Shown: positions 34,430-46,181 of the stretch, in pieces
Layout: every line of letters starts with the position of its first letter
Position numbering within the stretch: the stretch's first letter is position 1
NCBI GenBank assembly: GCA_964035575.1
Contig: OZ037843.1
Coordinates: forward strand, 1,674,001 to 1,738,000
From: Rhynchopus sp. YZ270_cl-10
Taxonomy: Eukaryota
Direction: 5' to 3'
Length of the DNA stretch: 64,000 nucleotides
Position numbers and translations under genes: made by a program
Notes under the pieces: generated by a model
The model's input: only the letters and a program-made list of their open reading frames with translations
What the model was told of the DNA's origin: nothing
The model's database searches: none

Positions 34430-36923
34430 CAGGGGTCCTAACGCTGTTCTCAAAAAAATTAAAAATGGTAACTTCAAGGTCACTTCTCGTTTTTTGGGGA
34501 GGGAAAAAAAAAACTTTCCCCCCTCAGACAGAGCTCGCGCTAAAGTCCATCCCTCATCCCGGGATTTTTGGGGGTTTTGGTAGGAACGTTTTTTTTTTGC
34601 AGTACGGGGATTTCATTAAGAAACCAGAAGTTCTAATATTGTTGAGTAAGACCACCACATAGTGGACTTGCATATACATGTGACCCCGCCGTGGAACGCA
34701 ATTGGCTCGGAAAGTCAAAAGAAAGAGGAGAAAAAAGAAAAGGAAAAAAAAAAAAGTTGGTTACCGTGCGCCTGCGGCGCTGCCTGTTCCCTTCCAGTTT
34801 CTACAGGCAAACACTTGCCCCCTTTACCTTACACTGACGGGTTTTGACCAAAACCAAGAACTTGTCCATTTCGGCAAATTGACCCCACCACAGAACGGAC
34901 GAATTCCGGAAATGCAAATGCCGGTGTTTTCGCGCATTTTCATGTTGCAAGACGTCAGGATCAGGGAGAGAAAATCTGGTTGTGGGATTTACATTGGCCC
35001 TCTTTACCCTACATGGATTTTGACCAAAACCAAAAAATTGGCCATTTCGGCAAAGTGACCCCACCACAGCGCGGACGGATTCCGGAAATTCCAATCGCGG
35101 TATGTTTTGGGGCTGAAAACCCACTGATTTTCAGGAGAAAAATTGCTTCCAAATCTCGGAATTTTCCGAATTTTCCTGAAAATGACCCTTGTTTACGAGT
35201 ACGGGTTCATATTTTGCGAAAATTTAAGTCACTAAAATTTTGTCCATTTTTCCGTATATACCCCACCACAAGCCGGGATTGGCCCGGAAATGCCACAAAA
35301 CGGGGTTTCCGGGCCTCCCCAGCTAACCTTTTCAAGGAACGTTTTTCCGTACCCGAAATCCATTTTTTCCCCATTTTTTCCCATAATTAGCGCGACCACT
35401 GCCCTCAGAGGAACAACAAAAGTGAGGTCGAAAAGGTGCAAATTCCTCGGACATACACCGGACGTTGGTTATCGCCGTATCATAGGGACAGAGTACTAGA
35501 TACGATTTTTTTTTTGTGAGGCAATTTCGCGGTGTCGCAGTCTGATGCCACCGTTATGCTTCTTACCACGAACAACACAACACAGCCATAGGCAGATGTT
35601 TTGGCAGATGTTTAGTGGGTGTCAGCCTTCTTATCAGTAACCTCAGTACATTAATAAAAGAAACGGCGGTCATGTCACCCAAAGGTTCCTGGCGAAGCCA
35701 CGGTACGCAACATTTCTAAAAAATGTTGACATAAAATGGCACTGTCGTTGGTAATTATCGTCAGTTTCCGTAAATTACTTACGTATTTTGCTAAAACGAA
35801 AGTTTCTGGCGAAGCCACGGTACGCAACATTTCTAAAAAATGTTGACATAAAATGGCACTGTCGTTGGTAATTATCGTCAGTTTCCGTAAATTACTTACG
35901 TATTTTGCTAAAACGAAAGTTTCTGGCGAAGCCACGGTACGCAACATTTCTAAAAAATGTTGACATAAAATGGCACTGTCGTTGGTAATTATCGTCAGTT
36001 TCCGTAAATTACTTACGTATTTTGCTAAAACGAAAGTTTCTGGCGAAGCCACGGTACGCAACATTTCTAAAAAATGTTGACATAAAATGGCACTGTCGTT
36101 GGTAATTATCGTCAGTTTCCGTAAATTACTTACGTATTTTGCTAAAACGAAAGTTTCTGGCGAAGCCACGGTACGCAACATTTCTAAAAAATGTTGACAT
36201 AAAATGGCACTGTCGTTGGTAATTATCGTCAGTTTCCGTAAATTACTTACGTATTTTGCTAAAACGAAAGTTTCTGGCGAAGCCACGGTACGCAACATTT
36301 CTAAAAAATGTTGACATAAAATGGCACTGTCGTTGGTAATTATCGTCAGTTTCCGTAAATTACTTACGTATTTTGCTAAAACGAAAGTTTCTGGCGAAGC
36401 CACGGTACGCAACATTTCTAAAAAATGTTGACATAAAATGGCACTGTCGTTGGTAATTATCGTCAGTTTCCGTAAATTACTTACGTATTTTGCTAAAACG
36501 AAAGTTTCTGGCGAAGCCACGGTACGCAACATTTCTAAAAAATGTTGACATAAAATGGCACTGTCGTTGGTAATTATCGTCAGTTTCCGTAAATTACTTA
36601 CGTATTTTTCTAAAACGAAAGTTTCTGGCGAAGCCACGGTACGCAACATTTCAAAAAAATGCGCTTAAAATTGTGGCAACCTGCAGCCCTGCAGACCCCT
36701 GATCTTGGCAAAAAAGAAAAAAAATTCCCGGACCCTCCAACGTGTTCCCGGTGTATGTTAAGCATCCGAGGTCACTTCGTGACACCGGATTTCAAAAAAT
36801 AAAAATAAAAAGGTCACTTTTTAGGGCACTTTTCGAAGGTCACTTCGAAGTGACCTTCGGATTTCAAAAAAATAAAAAAGGTCACTTCAGAAGTGGTAAA
36901 AGTTACCACTCTTAGGACCCCTG
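34430..36923. mobile_element. hAT-like non-autonomous element carrying a 117-bp satellite
   Basis: TIRs CAGGGGTCCTAA / TTAGGACCCCTG. 8-bp TSD TCGATGGC (34422-34429, 36924-36931). Subterminal GGTCACTT repeats. Confidence 0.9.
35689..36652. repeat. 117-bp tandem satellite, 8 full units plus a partial
   Basis: CTGGCGAAGCCACGGTACGCAAC... recurs at exact 117-bp spacing (35689, 35806 ... 36625) with near-perfect identity. Confidence 0.98.
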
Positions 36924-38731
36924 TCGATGGCGTTGATTGAAATATTTTCTCAAAATCAATTGCGGCCAGGTCCAATTTTCCCACTTTACTGCATGGCGAG
37001 AGTGAAAACAAAAAAAGAAATTTTTTGGGCTCTCGTACACACACGGTAAATAAAATGCACCCTCCTCCCTCCCTCCACTCTCTCTCTCCCCACTTTGTTT
37101 AATTGTCTTTTCTTTTTATTGCTCAGTGCTACCTATTGATAGTTCTTCGAGAGGCCTTGACGCATCGAGAGTGCCACTGCCGCCATGTGGCAGAGGGGCT
37201 CTTATTTGTCAACTTATTTCTCAGCCGCGTGCATCAATAGTGTTTTCAGCATCACGTCAATGTGCTCCAATGTTTTCCCACAACCTTGCTTCAGCCCGGT
37301 CGGGTCACCTAGCCTAGGCCAGTGGTGGTGAGGAAGAGTATTGAAATAATTTTCAAAACACTGTAACAGATCCTACAGGGGTTGAAGGAAGGTGTGTGTG
37401 GAAAACAAGAACAAAAAAAATATAGTGGAGTTCATCCTCGGGTGTCTACACTAATACAACCAATTTTTCAAAAAAAAAAAAAAACAACTCATTTCATCAT
37501 CATTGCGAGGAAATAAGAACGGGGGTGCTGTGGAAAACCCCGCCCGGTTTTCGAAACCACCACAGTACGGGTTTTGCACTCCTGGCGCTTTGATGTGCTG
37601 ATGCAGTGGGTTCTGGCACGCGTTCGAAGAGCGTTGTCGCCTACCCGCAGAAGAGCAGAATTCTGGGCGTGTTGTAGATTATTTCTACAGGGTGGAGTTC
37701 AGGAGCGTGGGCCCCCCATATCCACCCCGTTTTTATTTGTATTTTTTATTTTTATTTTACCTGGGGGCTTTCTTCACTTCTTTGTAGTTGCTACCATGAG
37801 GAAAGCCAGATATCCGTGATATCTGTGGTGCCGTTTCTCTCCTTGATTGATGTATTGACATTGCATTTGTTTTGGTACCTTAGTTTGCCTAACGTTCTCT
37901 GACAATTGTTTTGCCAGATGTGGGGATGCACGATTACGCCCACACGGGTCAGTGGTCCTCTGCATCTGACACGCCCTGCAGGGTCGTGTGAGTGACGCAG
38001 TGTCACTCCTGGAGAGCCTTCCGCACGGCTGTGGCACTGTGGCAGGCGCTCTGCAGTGTGTCCTGCTCTCAAGAGTTTTGTTGGTGAACAAAATAAAACA
38101 ATAATCTTGCGTTTCTTGAACGGAGCATGTTTTTGTTCTCCAGAGAGCACATCTATCAGAACATATGGTTTCCCCTTTCATGATTACCGTTTTGCTAAAC
38201 TCGTACAAAATATTGTGAACTGCGCGAAAAATAAATAGTGCGTATGACGACTGGTAGTTGCCCCAACTTAACAAGACGGAAGGAGGGTTTTATTATTTCA
38301 GAATATTTGCCACCAAAAGCTAAAGGCGTTCTTCTGCATAATTGTACTAAAACACCATACACCAAAGAGCTGTGTGCCCACACCACCCACCCACCCACCC
38401 TCACCATGTGGTTTACACTGTACGAAAAGGCTTTGTAAGAGGAGCCCATTTGTTTCGTGGGCGAAGGCTCAGCACGAGATGCTTGGGTTTATCTGTCATC
38501 ATTATCAAACCTTTCTTTGTTTTCATTCAATAGGAAGTGCAATACGAAGTCGTTCAATAGACGCGGCGTGTTCTGATTGTGGGTTGCAGTGCCAAACACT
38601 ACGATGTTGTGTTTTTTTTTCGTTGTTAAAATTTTATTACTGTGAATAAGATAAAACAATAAGCTCGCGTTTCTTTTATCGAACAGATTTTATTCTCCGC
38701 CCCGTACCCAAAACGTAAACACCACTTTGAA

Positions 38732-40795
38732 CATGGCTTCATAAATATATTCAATATTTTTTTTCACGTTTTTTTCAATATCAATATATTGATCAATATC
38801 ACGTAGGAAATTTTCAATATATTGACACTTTTACCGTGTAAATTTCCCATTCAATATTTGCAAATATTGATCAATATATTGATCAATATATTGACACTTT
38901 CCTTCACACAATGGTCTTGCGCCCCTTGGAAACTGGTTCTGCATCTTCCAACCTCACACAACTCGTGCACCACACATAAAAACATGCCCGAGTTGAGGCA
39001 CAAAAAAATTTCCCCAATTTCCAGGACTGGTAATTGAACTTCGGACCAAAAAATGCAAAAAATATGGCGACTTGTGTGATACCAACTATGACAAAATTCC
39101 ACATGACTTCTCGAGTCCGCATTGCACTTCGCGGTAGCCCCAAGGGAAGACACCCTTCTTCAGAAGCCAGGTAGAGAATGCTGTTCCCTACCCCCTCTCA
39201 CTGTCCGCGTAGATCCCCCCACTAAGGAGCCACAAGGATGCCACAAGGCAAGTCGCTCCCCCGCGATGGCATTGAATGGCACGTGCGCGTTTACGAACTG
39301 AGCCATGATTGTCCTTAGAGTCCCACGGTAACACGTGCAAAATCATAGAGTTTTTTTGGCTGTTAAAAAGGCTGGGGTATAAAGAGGTCGCGTGATTCGT
39401 CGAGCGGTTGTGAACCGCCTCCGTTCTCTTACGGTACGGAACACCCACCTCCTACCCTTTGCATGAGCTCGACTGCGTTTTAGCACGTTTCAACTACTCT
39501 TTTTTCTCGTTCTGTACCCAGAACAACCTCCTCTCCAAGCAGCAAACCCCACCCCTGACCAGGGGAAGCCTCCTGGGCCCATACGCGGAACTATTTACTC
39601 ACTGATCCTCTCATACAAAAAGACATGTGGATGGATGGGTTTTTCAAATGTATGTTCGCAACACTCATAAAAAAGTAGCGCACCGTGCGCCTGCGGCGCG
39701 GACAAAATTTGGTTTTGCGAATCCTAAATATTTTTTTGCTAGCTCGTGTGGTTGATGAGCGAGAACGAAACCAAATCGATCGCAACGCCTCGTACACTAG
39801 CTAAAACACCTGAATGGTCACAGAACACAACGCGGTGCATGGTTTTGTGGGTTGTTTTTGCCCACAGAAGTACCCCCGTGCGGCCTAGACCTGGTTCTAG
39901 CACCCCAGAATCGCGTTTCCCAGTCCATATAGCCGGGTATGGGCCCAAAAAACCACCCAAAAAGGCGAAAATCCCGGGTTTTGGTGAAAACCGCCTGTTT
40001 TGCCCATAGGGTACTTAAGGAACGCACGTTTCTAAAGCATTTTACCACGTAAACTCGCGACACGAAAATAGGAATTAAAAACAAATCTCTCACAGATCTG
40101 ATTTGGTGATCCGCATTTTTGAGGTCCAATCTTTCCAACGCCGAAAAAATCTTACACTTTGGTGCATTTTCGGGTGGGTGCACCAGGAGGGTACTGGGAG
40201 GGCAGCAACCTTAAAAACCTAAACACAAGTGTTTAGGAATTACGAGCGGCAGCCCACAGCTCTACCCTATCCATGCTATAGTTTGGCTGTGATAATGTGC
40301 GATTTATGGCACAATCTTTGAAATGTTGCGCACATGGCTTCAACAGAAAAGTTTGACCCTTTGCCTCTCCACTCTGTGGCTGGAAGGGAGCTGAGAATAA
40401 GCCGGGTCCCAGGACTAGAACTAGGACGGGTACTCGGCACTGGGTACAGTCCCAGTCCTAGGGACTGGGAATACCCCTCCATCCATGCCCCACCCTCCCG
40501 CGCCCGGGTCCCTGACCCGCTTTCAGGCGTTTTCACAGCGTTTTCGACATATTGTGCCCAGTCCCACTGAGAATAACCAGGTCCCGGGTCCCCAAGTCTT
40601 ATTCTCAGCTATGGCCTCCCGTCAAGGAAAAAGCAGGCACTGCAACGCCAATATTCAATAATATGATCAATATTTCAATATTATTGAAATATTGACAGTT
40701 TTCAGTCAATATTATTGACACTTTCAATATTCAATCAATAATATTCATCACCAAATCAATATATTGACGATATTCAATATATTTATGAAGCCATG
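38732..40795. mobile_element. TIR transposon with 6-bp target duplication inserted in a copy of the ~320-bp element
   Basis: TIRs CATGGCTTCATAAATATATT / AATATATTTATGAAGCCATG. TTTGAA on both sides. Empty site CACTTTGAATCAG at ~33590 and ~41417. Subterminal TCAATAT/ATATTGA arrays. Confidence 0.88.
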
Positions 40796-42033
40796 TTTGA
40801 ATCAGAAAAAAAAATTTCCTCTTCCTTTTTTCTTCCACACTCGCTGGTTTTTGTATTTCGCTAATTTTTATCAAAAAGCTTTCCCTTGTTTCGAGTGCGA
40901 AACGTTTCTCCATGTATTGCACGGGAAACAATATGACAAACAGGTGCAGGGTGGTTCCGTGCTTATCATAGAACCTGGCCCTTGTGTGTCTCCCAAAAAC
41001 CAAAAGCGTTGTGTGTGAAGTTTTGAAGGAAGGAAAAATAAAAGTAGCAGTAACTGGTGCTCCAGGGGGGGCCGATATTGACAGGTCGCTGACAGGTCGT
41101 TGCCATAGCCTATAGGGGGGGGGGGGGTCATTTTTTAACGGCCCTTAGCGATTTTTTGGTGGGGCACACACACAGACACACGGTGGCCCATACGGACCCT
41201 CAGGGTACACGAAGTAACGGGTGTTACATGTGGTATTACATGCAACTTTTGTTACATGTGGTACAGGTGGCGAAATCAGGTAGTGGTACAATGGTTTTGG
41301 GGGTGGTTCTGGGCAGCTTTCGGCGGTGATTTCTGTGAACAAGATAAAACAATAAGCTCGCGTTTCTTTTATCGAACAGATTTTATTCTCCGCCCCGTAC
41401 CCAAAACGTAAACACCACTTTGAATCAGAAAAAATATCTTCTTCTCCTTTTTTCTTCCACACGCGCTGGTTTTTGTATCTCGCTAATTTTTATCAAAAAC
41501 CCTAGTTTCGACGCGAAACGTTTCCTCATGTATTGCACGGGAAACAATATATATGACAAACAGGTGCAGGGTGGTTCCGTGCATATCATAGAACCTGGCA
41601 CCTTGTGTGTCTTCCAAAAACCAAAAAAGCGTTGTGTGTGAAGTTTTGAAGGAAGGAAAAATAAAAGTAAGACCTAAAAAATCCTCGAAAATCGTTGTGA
41701 AAATTATAGTGGGTGGGTTTTTTACACATCGACACATGGAACATGATCACATGTACCTATTACATGTAACTGTTACATTACATGTGAAGTTACATGTCAT
41801 TTACGTGTAACGGTTTTTCACATGTAACATTCCATGTAATGTAACTTACTTCACCGCCGTGTGCTCCCCAAACCCGGGGTACCCCGCGCGGACCCTACAC
41901 GACGGTGAAGTAAATGACATGTGCCACCTAAAAATGACATGACATTGTACTTAACAGGTCATTTCACCTGTGGCACATGTCACTTTACATGTCAAATGAC
42001 ATGTGGCTAACATGTAAAAAAAAGTTACACGTA

Positions 42034-42333
42034 CCGCGTTTGGAAAAGAAACAAAATATTATGGACCGAATTAATGATGGTACGTTTGAGGTTTTTGAGT
42101 TTCATTTGGTACTTAATTCGGTTCATGATGTTTTGGGGGGCAATTTTTTTTGTACTTGTCCCCCGAGGAAAGGGCGAATCTTATTTTTTTGACAAGTACT
42201 TTTTTGCCCAGAACGATATGAATCGAATTAATATTTGGTTCGGGTTATTGTTGGACCGAATTAATTATGGTACGTTAGAGATTTTTTCGGGACATTTGGT
42301 ACTTAATTCGGTCCATAATATTTCCAATCGCGG
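42034..42333. mobile_element. Nested Tc1/mariner-like MITE
   Basis: TA|CCGCGTTTGGAAA...TTTCCAATCGCGG|TA with inverted AAATATTATGGACCGAATTAA subterminal repeats. Confidence 0.65.
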
Positions 42334-42598
42334 TAAATCACAATGTAAGGGGACAATGGGATATACTCCGGACATGGATACCCACACAGAATACACGGTT
42401 ACCCAGACATCTGTCAGGCAATCACTGATTCACTTCACACAGGTCGGGTAGGCGCTGCCTGCCCATCCTCTTTTTCCTGTCTGCTATCGATTCCAGGTTC
42501 ACAACGTTCAGACGTTTAGTCAAAATGCTTTGGGTGATGACTCCTTTTGGGATACACAAAACGGGAAGCTGGGATGCACAAGATAAAACGTGATGTGG

Positions 42599-42694
42599 TG
42601 TACCTGTGTACCTGTGTACCTGTGTACCTGTGTACCTGTGTACCTGTGTACCTGTGTACCTGTGTACCTGTGTACCTGTGTACCTGTGTACCTG
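42599..42694. repeat. (TGTACCTG)n microsatellite, 12 copies
   Basis: Perfect 8-bp tandem repeat. Confidence 0.97.
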
Positions 42695-43559
42695 AAAAAA
42701 TGGCAAAGTACTATTAAAAAATGACCCTCCCCCCCCGATATTGACAGGTCGCTGACAGGTCGTTGACTCATTTCCTGTAGCACCAGTAACAATTAATTTT
42801 ATTTTTCATTGCCTGCGTCCTCCGATGAACGGTGGTAGGGCGTTTGCACTTTCAACTTGGAAGCGTGCAATGCAACAAACGGTCGAGATCTGATCAAGCG
42901 AAACGGATATATTTCTCTTTATTTTTGGGCCCAGCACCCCTCAGATACGACAGCCGCGTTGAAGCCTGACAACGATTGCACCTTTAAAGTCGAAATGGAT
43001 ACAAACCCAATGACAAACCTTTGCGAATCCCTGTTGATGTGTGTGCCAAGGCGCTTTCATCCTTCGCGTGTTTTATTGTTTTCCCCCTTTCCGCAGGCTT
43101 CTTGTCTTCTGACAAAAAGGTAAACTGACAAAAGCAAACACCCCATTGCCCCTTCTCTGTTTCATTCTATTTGTTGATTTGCATACATCGATAATATACC
43201 TTTTAGATCAGTTCTCTGTTGTCTGTGTTCCCTCTACGCCACTTCTGTTGTGCAGTCTCAATGTGTGGCGGAGCAGCATTCTCGCACACACTTTACCACC
43301 TACCATGTGCCTGCGTCGGTGTACGGTGGGGATTTGCTCCCTGATTTCTGTTGCCAACTTACATCTATTATTAGACTGGCCTGCGTCTCTGCTTGAGGAT
43401 GAATGAATCTGTTTTCGGCAGGGGTAGCAGGGGTGGGCTGAGTGGGCTTAGCATTGGTGTAAACACTGTCTCTGGAGCAGGACTGACAGACTCGGACACA
43501 CAGGCGGCAGCCCTGAGTTACCATACACACACCCCCACCACACCACAGACGCTTGGACA

Positions 43560-46181
43560 ATGGTGTCATGCGGGATCCAGTCGCTGACAATACTGCTGTG
43601 CGTGGTGCTGATTCTGTCGACAGGTGCGATCATCGGTGGCTTCACTCTGTCAACATGGGACGACCTTCTGGAGAAGGCACGTGACACAGGTGACGAGGGC
43701 TTCGGGATGTGTCTCGACAGTGGTACGGCGGACATCGAAACGGTCTCGGCACGCTACCTGCGTTCTGTTCTTGGCAACGTGGACACGGCAGTGAAGGAGT
43801 ACTTGAAGGTGCCTGAGCAGCTCGTGGTCTCGCTGGCCAACCTTGCTCAGGCACACCACCCAAACATCAGCACGAGCCCTGCCTTTGCGGCCACAGTAAT
43901 GCGTCCTGCAGCCTTGTCCGCTTATTTGGCTGGGAGTACGTCCGGACTCGTACAGATCGGAAACGAAGCGTATCCGTGGTGTGCGGCACATCCTGTTCCG
44001 TGGAAGAGGGGAGACGGGAACGCAGGGTGGGGCTCGCGGATCACGTACAGGGGGCTGAATTCTCGGGGTGGCATCCCACCAACGAACGGAAGCAAGGTCA
44101 CCATGCTCTACGGTACACGTCACCCAGTCACCTTGTCGGAGGGGCTGTCGGACTTCGCTGTTTTTACCGAAGTTAACGAGATGGGTGACATCAGGGACCC
44201 CTCACGGCCGTGCTCGCACTTTCCGGACTACAACAAGAACGAGTGGCGTGGACTTTGCATGTTTCCCATTGGTATCCCCGAACCCGAAGGCGGGGACATG
44301 GTCCAGCAGCGTGGGAGACAGCAGTACTACCTGGGCGCTAACGATCCACCCCTGAACCCTGCAGACACGCTCGTCTACTCACACACGCAGGTCACCTGGG
44401 ATATGATGTGGTGGGAGCTGAGCTACACCTACACCCACCCAGATATGTACACGATGCACCCCAAGCAGGGCAAGCGTGTGGGTTCTGTCAGTGCTACAGT
44501 GACTGCAGACGGGGTAGCCGACGCAGTGCGTGCACAGCTGCTCCCAACCGGCACGTCGCTGTACCTGGTCGATTATGACAGTGCAACAGACTCAGTTGGG
44601 ACACTTGTCGCATACAACAGAGGACGGCAGCTGCGGATAAAGATGGCCATGAGTACGCTGGGCATCGACCTTCCCAAAGCTTATAGCATCAACATAACGA
44701 ACCACTCGATGGAAGACGCGACGTCGCACATCCCCTCAGTGATTGCAGAGCACGGGCGGTTTGTGTTCACACACCCGCAGAACTACAAAGACCTTGTGGA
44801 GAAGACAGAGGACTCCTTCCTGAAGTGGCCTGACTCGAACGGCACGGAGTACTGGACAATCACGTCGACAATTGAACACAAAACGATTGCGTTGTACGCG
44901 AACCTTCTTGTGCCGAGAGAGTCTGTGATGCACTCGATTGATGCGTCGACGAATGCAATCCGTGCGAAGGTGGCATCAGATCTGTCCTCTGCAGACGCAC
45001 AGAAGGAGGATGCGGTGACTGTGATGGCGATTGTGACGGCTGTTGCGGTCATCGGACTTCTTGCCATTGCTGTTGTGTTCACACGCTACATCACGTCACC
45101 TCTGCTGAAGCTTGGGAGTGAGATGGCAAGTGTGGCTGTGATGGACCTGGAGGCTGTGGACACGGGCCGTGCAGTGTCGCAGCTGAGTGAAGTGAGGGTG
45201 ATGCAGCGCAGCTTTGTTACCATGGTGGCAAACCTGGTGGAGTACCGGAACTACCTGCCGCAGAGTGTGCTTGTCAACGATACTGAGAACGAGATGTGTC
45301 GCACAGAGACCACACACGTGACCACATCCGTGTCAGGCACGTCTTGGCATTCAGATGGGGCTTCCGAGGTTGTGATAGAGAACCAGAAGGCACTGCTGCG
45401 TGTGGAAGGGATGAAGAAGAAGAAGGTGTCTCTGGCACACATGAACGTCGTGTCGTGGCACGCCTTCTGCGAACAGCGCAAGGACGAAGAGGTGCTCTGC
45501 ACACACGGTAGTATGATTGAGACGATCCTGACAGCAGTGCTACACAACAAGGGTGTGTGCGACACGTTTGCTGGCGACAAGATACTTGCCACCTTCAACG
45601 CCTTTGCTCCGAGCGCGTCGCACGGTGTTGCCTGTGTGAAGGCTGCACACGCAGCAGCAAAAGCACTTAGTGATGTACATTTGGTGATGTGCAAGCTCTC
45701 GTATGGGTGCACGACAGGTGAGGCACGTGTAGGACCTATGGGCTGCAACGGGATGAAGAAAGTGTCGATTCTTTCAGAGTCCATGTCGTGGGTGGTTGTG
45801 CTTGAGCGTTGGAACAGGATGAACGACCTGCCTGGTGTACTCGACCACAGCCTCTCACGTGAGGTGCAGGGACAGGTGGTGCTGCGTTGTGAAGGTGCGA
45901 TGCTGTACGAGAAGCTGAGTGACAAGGCACAGGTTGTGTACGCTGTGAAGGAGTTGGTCAGTATGAAGAATGAAGAGTGGATGTACCAACTGGAGGCCCT
46001 CGAGCAAAACAACCCTCACACACTGTGGAATGAGGCTTTTGCACACATCATTGCACAGGAGTTTAGCCAGGCTGCTTGTGTGCTTGACAGCCTAGGCGCA
46101 GAGCAACTGCAGCAATACGACACGCTTGTGAGATATGTGCAGCAGAGAGCTTTTACACCGTACGTTGTGAACATGCACTGA
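43560..46181 (+). CDS. Receptor cyclase-like protein, array copy 1 (873 aa; TM-Cache-like sensor-TM-HAMP-degenerate cyclase, type A tail)
   Basis: Two TM helices flanking a ~450-aa ectodomain; HAMP-like ITSPLLKLGSEMASVA...SEVRVMQRSF; HMNVVSW, TFAGDKILATFN, NEEWMYQLE. Confidence 0.92.
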   Translation: MVSCGIQSLTILLCVVLILSTGAIIGGFTLSTWDDLLEKARDTGDEGFGMCLDSGTADIETVSARYLRSVLGNVDTAVKEYLKVPEQLVVSLANLAQAHHPNISTSPAFAATVMRPAALSAYLAGSTSGLVQIGNEAYPWCAAHPVPWKRGDGNAGWGSRITYRGLNSRGGIPPTNGSKVTMLYGTRHPVTLSEGLSDFAVFTEVNEMGDIRDPSRPCSHFPDYNKNEWRGLCMFPIGIPEPEGGDMVQQRGRQQYYLGANDPPLNPADTLVYSHTQVTWDMMWWELSYTYTHPDMYTMHPKQGKRVGSVSATVTADGVADAVRAQLLPTGTSLYLVDYDSATDSVGTLVAYNRGRQLRIKMAMSTLGIDLPKAYSINITNHSMEDATSHIPSVIAEHGRFVFTHPQNYKDLVEKTEDSFLKWPDSNGTEYWTITSTIEHKTIALYANLLVPRESVMHSIDASTNAIRAKVASDLSSADAQKEDAVTVMAIVTAVAVIGLLAIAVVFTRYITSPLLKLGSEMASVAVMDLEAVDTGRAVSQLSEVRVMQRSFVTMVANLVEYRNYLPQSVLVNDTENEMCRTETTHVTTSVSGTSWHSDGASEVVIENQKALLRVEGMKKKKVSLAHMNVVSWHAFCEQRKDEEVLCTHGSMIETILTAVLHNKGVCDTFAGDKILATFNAFAPSASHGVACVKAAHAAAKALSDVHLVMCKLSYGCTTGEARVGPMGCNGMKKVSILSESMSWVVVLERWNRMNDLPGVLDHSLSREVQGQVVLRCEGAMLYEKLSDKAQVVYAVKELVSMKNEEWMYQLEALEQNNPHTLWNEAFAHIIAQEFSQAACVLDSLGAEQLQQYDTLVRYVQQRAFTPYVVNMH

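Larger units (their letters stand above)
41054..42786. mobile_element. TIR element with 3-bp TAA duplication (PIF/Harbinger-like) holding nested repeats
   Basis: TAA|CTGGTGCTCCAGG...CCTGTAGCACCAG|TAA. GATATTGACAGGTCGCTGACAGGTCGTTG near both ends. Short relative at 50387-50499. Confidence 0.75.

Noticed and set aside
35675..36649. 324-aa minus-strand ORF / CRISPR-like array
   Set aside because: The ORF is a by-product of a stop-free 117-bp unit in AT-rich DNA. Units are identical with no unique spacers, and there are no cas genes.
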